12,481 nucleotides of DNA, from positions 5,084,210 through 5,096,690 of the forward strand of contig CM082596.2 in assembly GCA_040954595.2 (NCBI GenBank). Reading direction: 5' to 3'. The DNA is from Balanoglossus misakiensis (lineage: Eukaryota > Animalia > Hemichordata). Shown here in pieces: positions 9,866-12,481 of this stretch. The notes under the pieces are model-generated. The model was not told the origin of the DNA. It was given only the letters and a program-made list of their open reading frames with translations, and searched no databases. The position numbers and the translations under genes are program-made. Within the stretch, counting starts at the first letter, position 1; each line of letters starts with the position of its first letter.

Positions 9866-10745
9866 GCTATAACCCATGGTTTTTATCAAAAAATCACCAG
9901 ATTTTGAAAATTCGCGAAGTCGAAAAATTGAGGTTTCTGGACGATTTTCATGGGCTATAACCCATGGTTTTTATCAAAGAATCACCAGATTTTGAAAATT
10001 CGCGAAGTCGAAAAATTGAGGTTTCTGGACGATTTTCATGGGCTATAACCCATGGTTTTTATCAAAAAATCACCAGATTTTGAAAATTCGCGAAGTCGAA
10101 AAATTGAGGTTTCTGGACGATTTTCATGGGCTATAACCCATGGTTTTTATCAAAAAATGACCAGATTTTGAAAATTCGCGAAGTCGAAAAATTGAGGTTT
10201 CTGGACGATTTTCATGGGCTATAACCCATGGTTTTTATCAAAAAATGACCAGATTTTGAAAATTCGCGAAGTCGAAAAATTGAGGTCTCTGGACGATTTT
10301 CATGGGCTATAACCCATGGTTTTTATCAAAAAATCACCAGATTTTGAAAATTCGCGAAGTCGAAAAATTGAGGTTTCTGGACGATTTTCATGGGCTATAA
10401 CCCATGGTTTTTATCAAAGAATCACCAGATTTTGAAAATTCGCGAAGTCGAAAAATTGAGGTTTCTGGACGATTTTCATGGGCTATAACCCATGGTTTTT
10501 ATCAAAAAATCACCAGATTTTGAAAATTCGCGAAGTCGAAAAATTGAGGTTTCTGGACGATTTTCATGGGCTATAACCCATGGTTTTTATCAAAAAATGA
10601 CCAGATTTTGAAAATTCGCGAAGTCGAAAAATTGAGGTTTCTGGACGATTTTCATGGGCTATAACCCATGGTTTTTATCAAAAAATGACCAGATTTTGAA
10701 AATTCGCGAAGTCGAAAAATTGAGGTTTCTGGACGATTTTCATGG
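9866..10745. repeat. 5-monomer (440 bp) tandem duplication
   Basis: The order G30C, A26G+G30C, G30C, -, - occurs in units 113-117 and 118-122. ATCAAAGAATCACC has its variant G at 9979 and 10419. Confidence 0.88.
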
Positions 10746-12481
10746 GCTATAACCCATGGTTTTTATCAAAAAATGACCAGATTTTGAAAATTCGCGCAGT
10801 CGAAAAATTGAGGTTTCTGGACGATTTTCATGGGCTATAACCCATGGTTTTTATCAAAAAATGACCAGATTTTGAAAATTCGCGGAGTCGAAAAATTGAG
10901 GTTTCTGGACGATTTTCATGGGCTATAACCCATGGTTTTTATCAAAAAATGACCAGATTTTGAAAATTCGCGAAGTCGAAAAATTGAGGTTTCTGGACGA
11001 TTTTCATGGGCTATAACCCATGGTTTTTATCAAAAAATGACCAGATTTTGAAAATTCGCGAAGTCGAAAAATTGAGGTTTCTCGACGATTTTCATGGGCT
11101 ATAACCCATGGTTTTTATCAAAAAATGACCAGATTTTGAAAATTTGCGAAGTCGAAAAATTGAGGTTTCTGGACGATTTTCATGGGCTATAACCCATGGT
11201 TTTTATCAAAAAATGACCAGATTTTGAAAATTCGCGAAGTCGAAAAATTGAGGTTTCTGGACGATTTTCATGGGCTATAACCCATGGTTTTTATCAAAAA
11301 ATGACCAGATTTTGAAAATTCGCGAAGTCGAAAAATTGAGGTTTCTGGACGATTTTCATGGGCTATAACCCATGGTTTTTATCAAAAAATGACCAGATTT
11401 TGAATATTCGCGAAGTCGAAAAATTGAGGTTTCTGGACGATTTTCATGGGCTATAACCCATGGTTTTTATCAAAAAATCACCAGATTTTGAAAATTCGCG
11501 AAGTCGAAAAATTGAGGTTTCTGGACGATTTTCATGGGCTATAACCCATGGTTTTTATCAAAAATGACCAGATTTTGAAAATTCGCGAAGTCGAAAAATT
11601 GAGGTTTCTGGACGATTTTCATGGGCTATAACCCATGGTTTTTATCAAAAAATGACCAGATTTTGAAAATTCGCGAAGTCGAAAAATTGAGGTTTCTGGA
11701 CGATTTTCATGGGCTATAACCCATGGTTTTTATCAAAAAATGACCAGATTTTGAAAATTCGCGAAGTCGAAAAATTGAGGTTTCTGGACGATTTTCATGG
11801 GCTATAACCCATGGTTTTTATCAAAAAATGACCAGATTTTGAAAATTCGCGAAGTCGAAAAATTGAGGTTTCTGGACGATTTTCATGGGCTATAACCCAT
11901 GGTTTTTATCAAAAAATGACCAGATTTTGAAAATTCGCGAAGTCGAAAAATTGAGGTTTCTGGACGATTTTCATGGGCTATAACCCATGGTTTTTATCAA
12001 AAAATGACCAGATTTTGAAAATTCGCGAAGTCGAAAAATTGAGGTTTCTGGACGATTTTCATGGGCTATAACCCATGGTTTTTATCAAAAAATGACCAGA
12101 TTTTGAAAATTCGCGAAGTCGAAAAATTGAGGTTTCTGGACGATTTTCATGGGCTATAACCCATGGTTTTTATCAAAAAATGACCAGATTTTGAAAATTC
12201 GCGAAGTCGAAAAATTGAGGTTTCTGGACGATTTTCATGGGCTATAACCCCATGGTTTTTATCAAAAAATGACCAGATTTTGAAAATTCGCGAAGTCGAA
12301 AAATTGAGGTTTCTGGACGATTTTCATGGGCTATAACCCATGGTTTTTATCAAAAAATGACCAGATTTTGAAAATTCGCGAAGTCGAAAAATTGAAGGTT
12401 TCTGGACGATTTTCATGGGCTATAACCCATGGTTTTTATCAAAAAATGACCAGATTTTGAATATTCGCGAAGTCGAAAAAT

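Larger units (their letters stand above)
1..12481. repeat. 88-bp tandem satellite DNA array, about 141.7 copies, running off both window ends
   Basis: GCTATAACCC recurs at 1, 89, 177, 265, 353, 441 and onward with period 88. More than half of the units match the consensus exactly and the rest differ at 1-3 positions. The monomer has 31/88 G+C. There is no unique sequence anywhere in the window. Confidence 0.99.

Noticed and set aside
1-12481. CRISPR array with a palindromic repeat
   Set aside because: The sequence between palindromes is the same in every unit. There are no unique spacers, no leader and no cas genes.
1-12481. Repetitive protein-coding ORF
   Set aside because: 88 is not a multiple of 3. 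Consensus stops occur on + (TAA 5, TGA 29, 40, 64) and on - (at 2, 18, 21, 83), limiting stop-free stretches to under about 40 codons on either strand.
1-12481. Rolling-circle or library concatemer artefact of a single 88-bp circle
   Set aside because: Substitutions recur in ordered, nested multi-unit patterns and regional domains, which copying of one template would not produce.

Overview
The whole window (1-12481) is one uninterrupted head-to-tail tandem array of an 88-bp, ~35% GC monomer: 141 complete units plus a 63-bp partial unit. Consensus: GCTATAACCCATGGTTTTTATCAAAAAATGACCAGATTTTGAAAATTCGCGAAGTCGAAAAATTGAGGTTTCTGGACGATTTTCATGG. It reads as a very homogeneous, probably eukaryotic, satellite DNA. 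I cannot assign it to a named family or organism. There are no genes, RNA genes, CRISPR spacers or mobile-element ORFs. Two kinds of structure stand out. First, the monomer is rich in dyad symmetry and A/T tracts. Second, rare substitutions (about 22 types, tallied by eye) recur in ordered patterns that reveal nested higher-order duplications: a 24-mer with a mappable chimeric junction unit, a 9-mer, a 6-mer present three times with an internal dimer duplication, and a 5-mer. Unshared 1-bp indels after 5469 look like long-read errors. Variants are named by monomer position, and unit 1 starts at base 1. I found no support for a new gene-encoded system.
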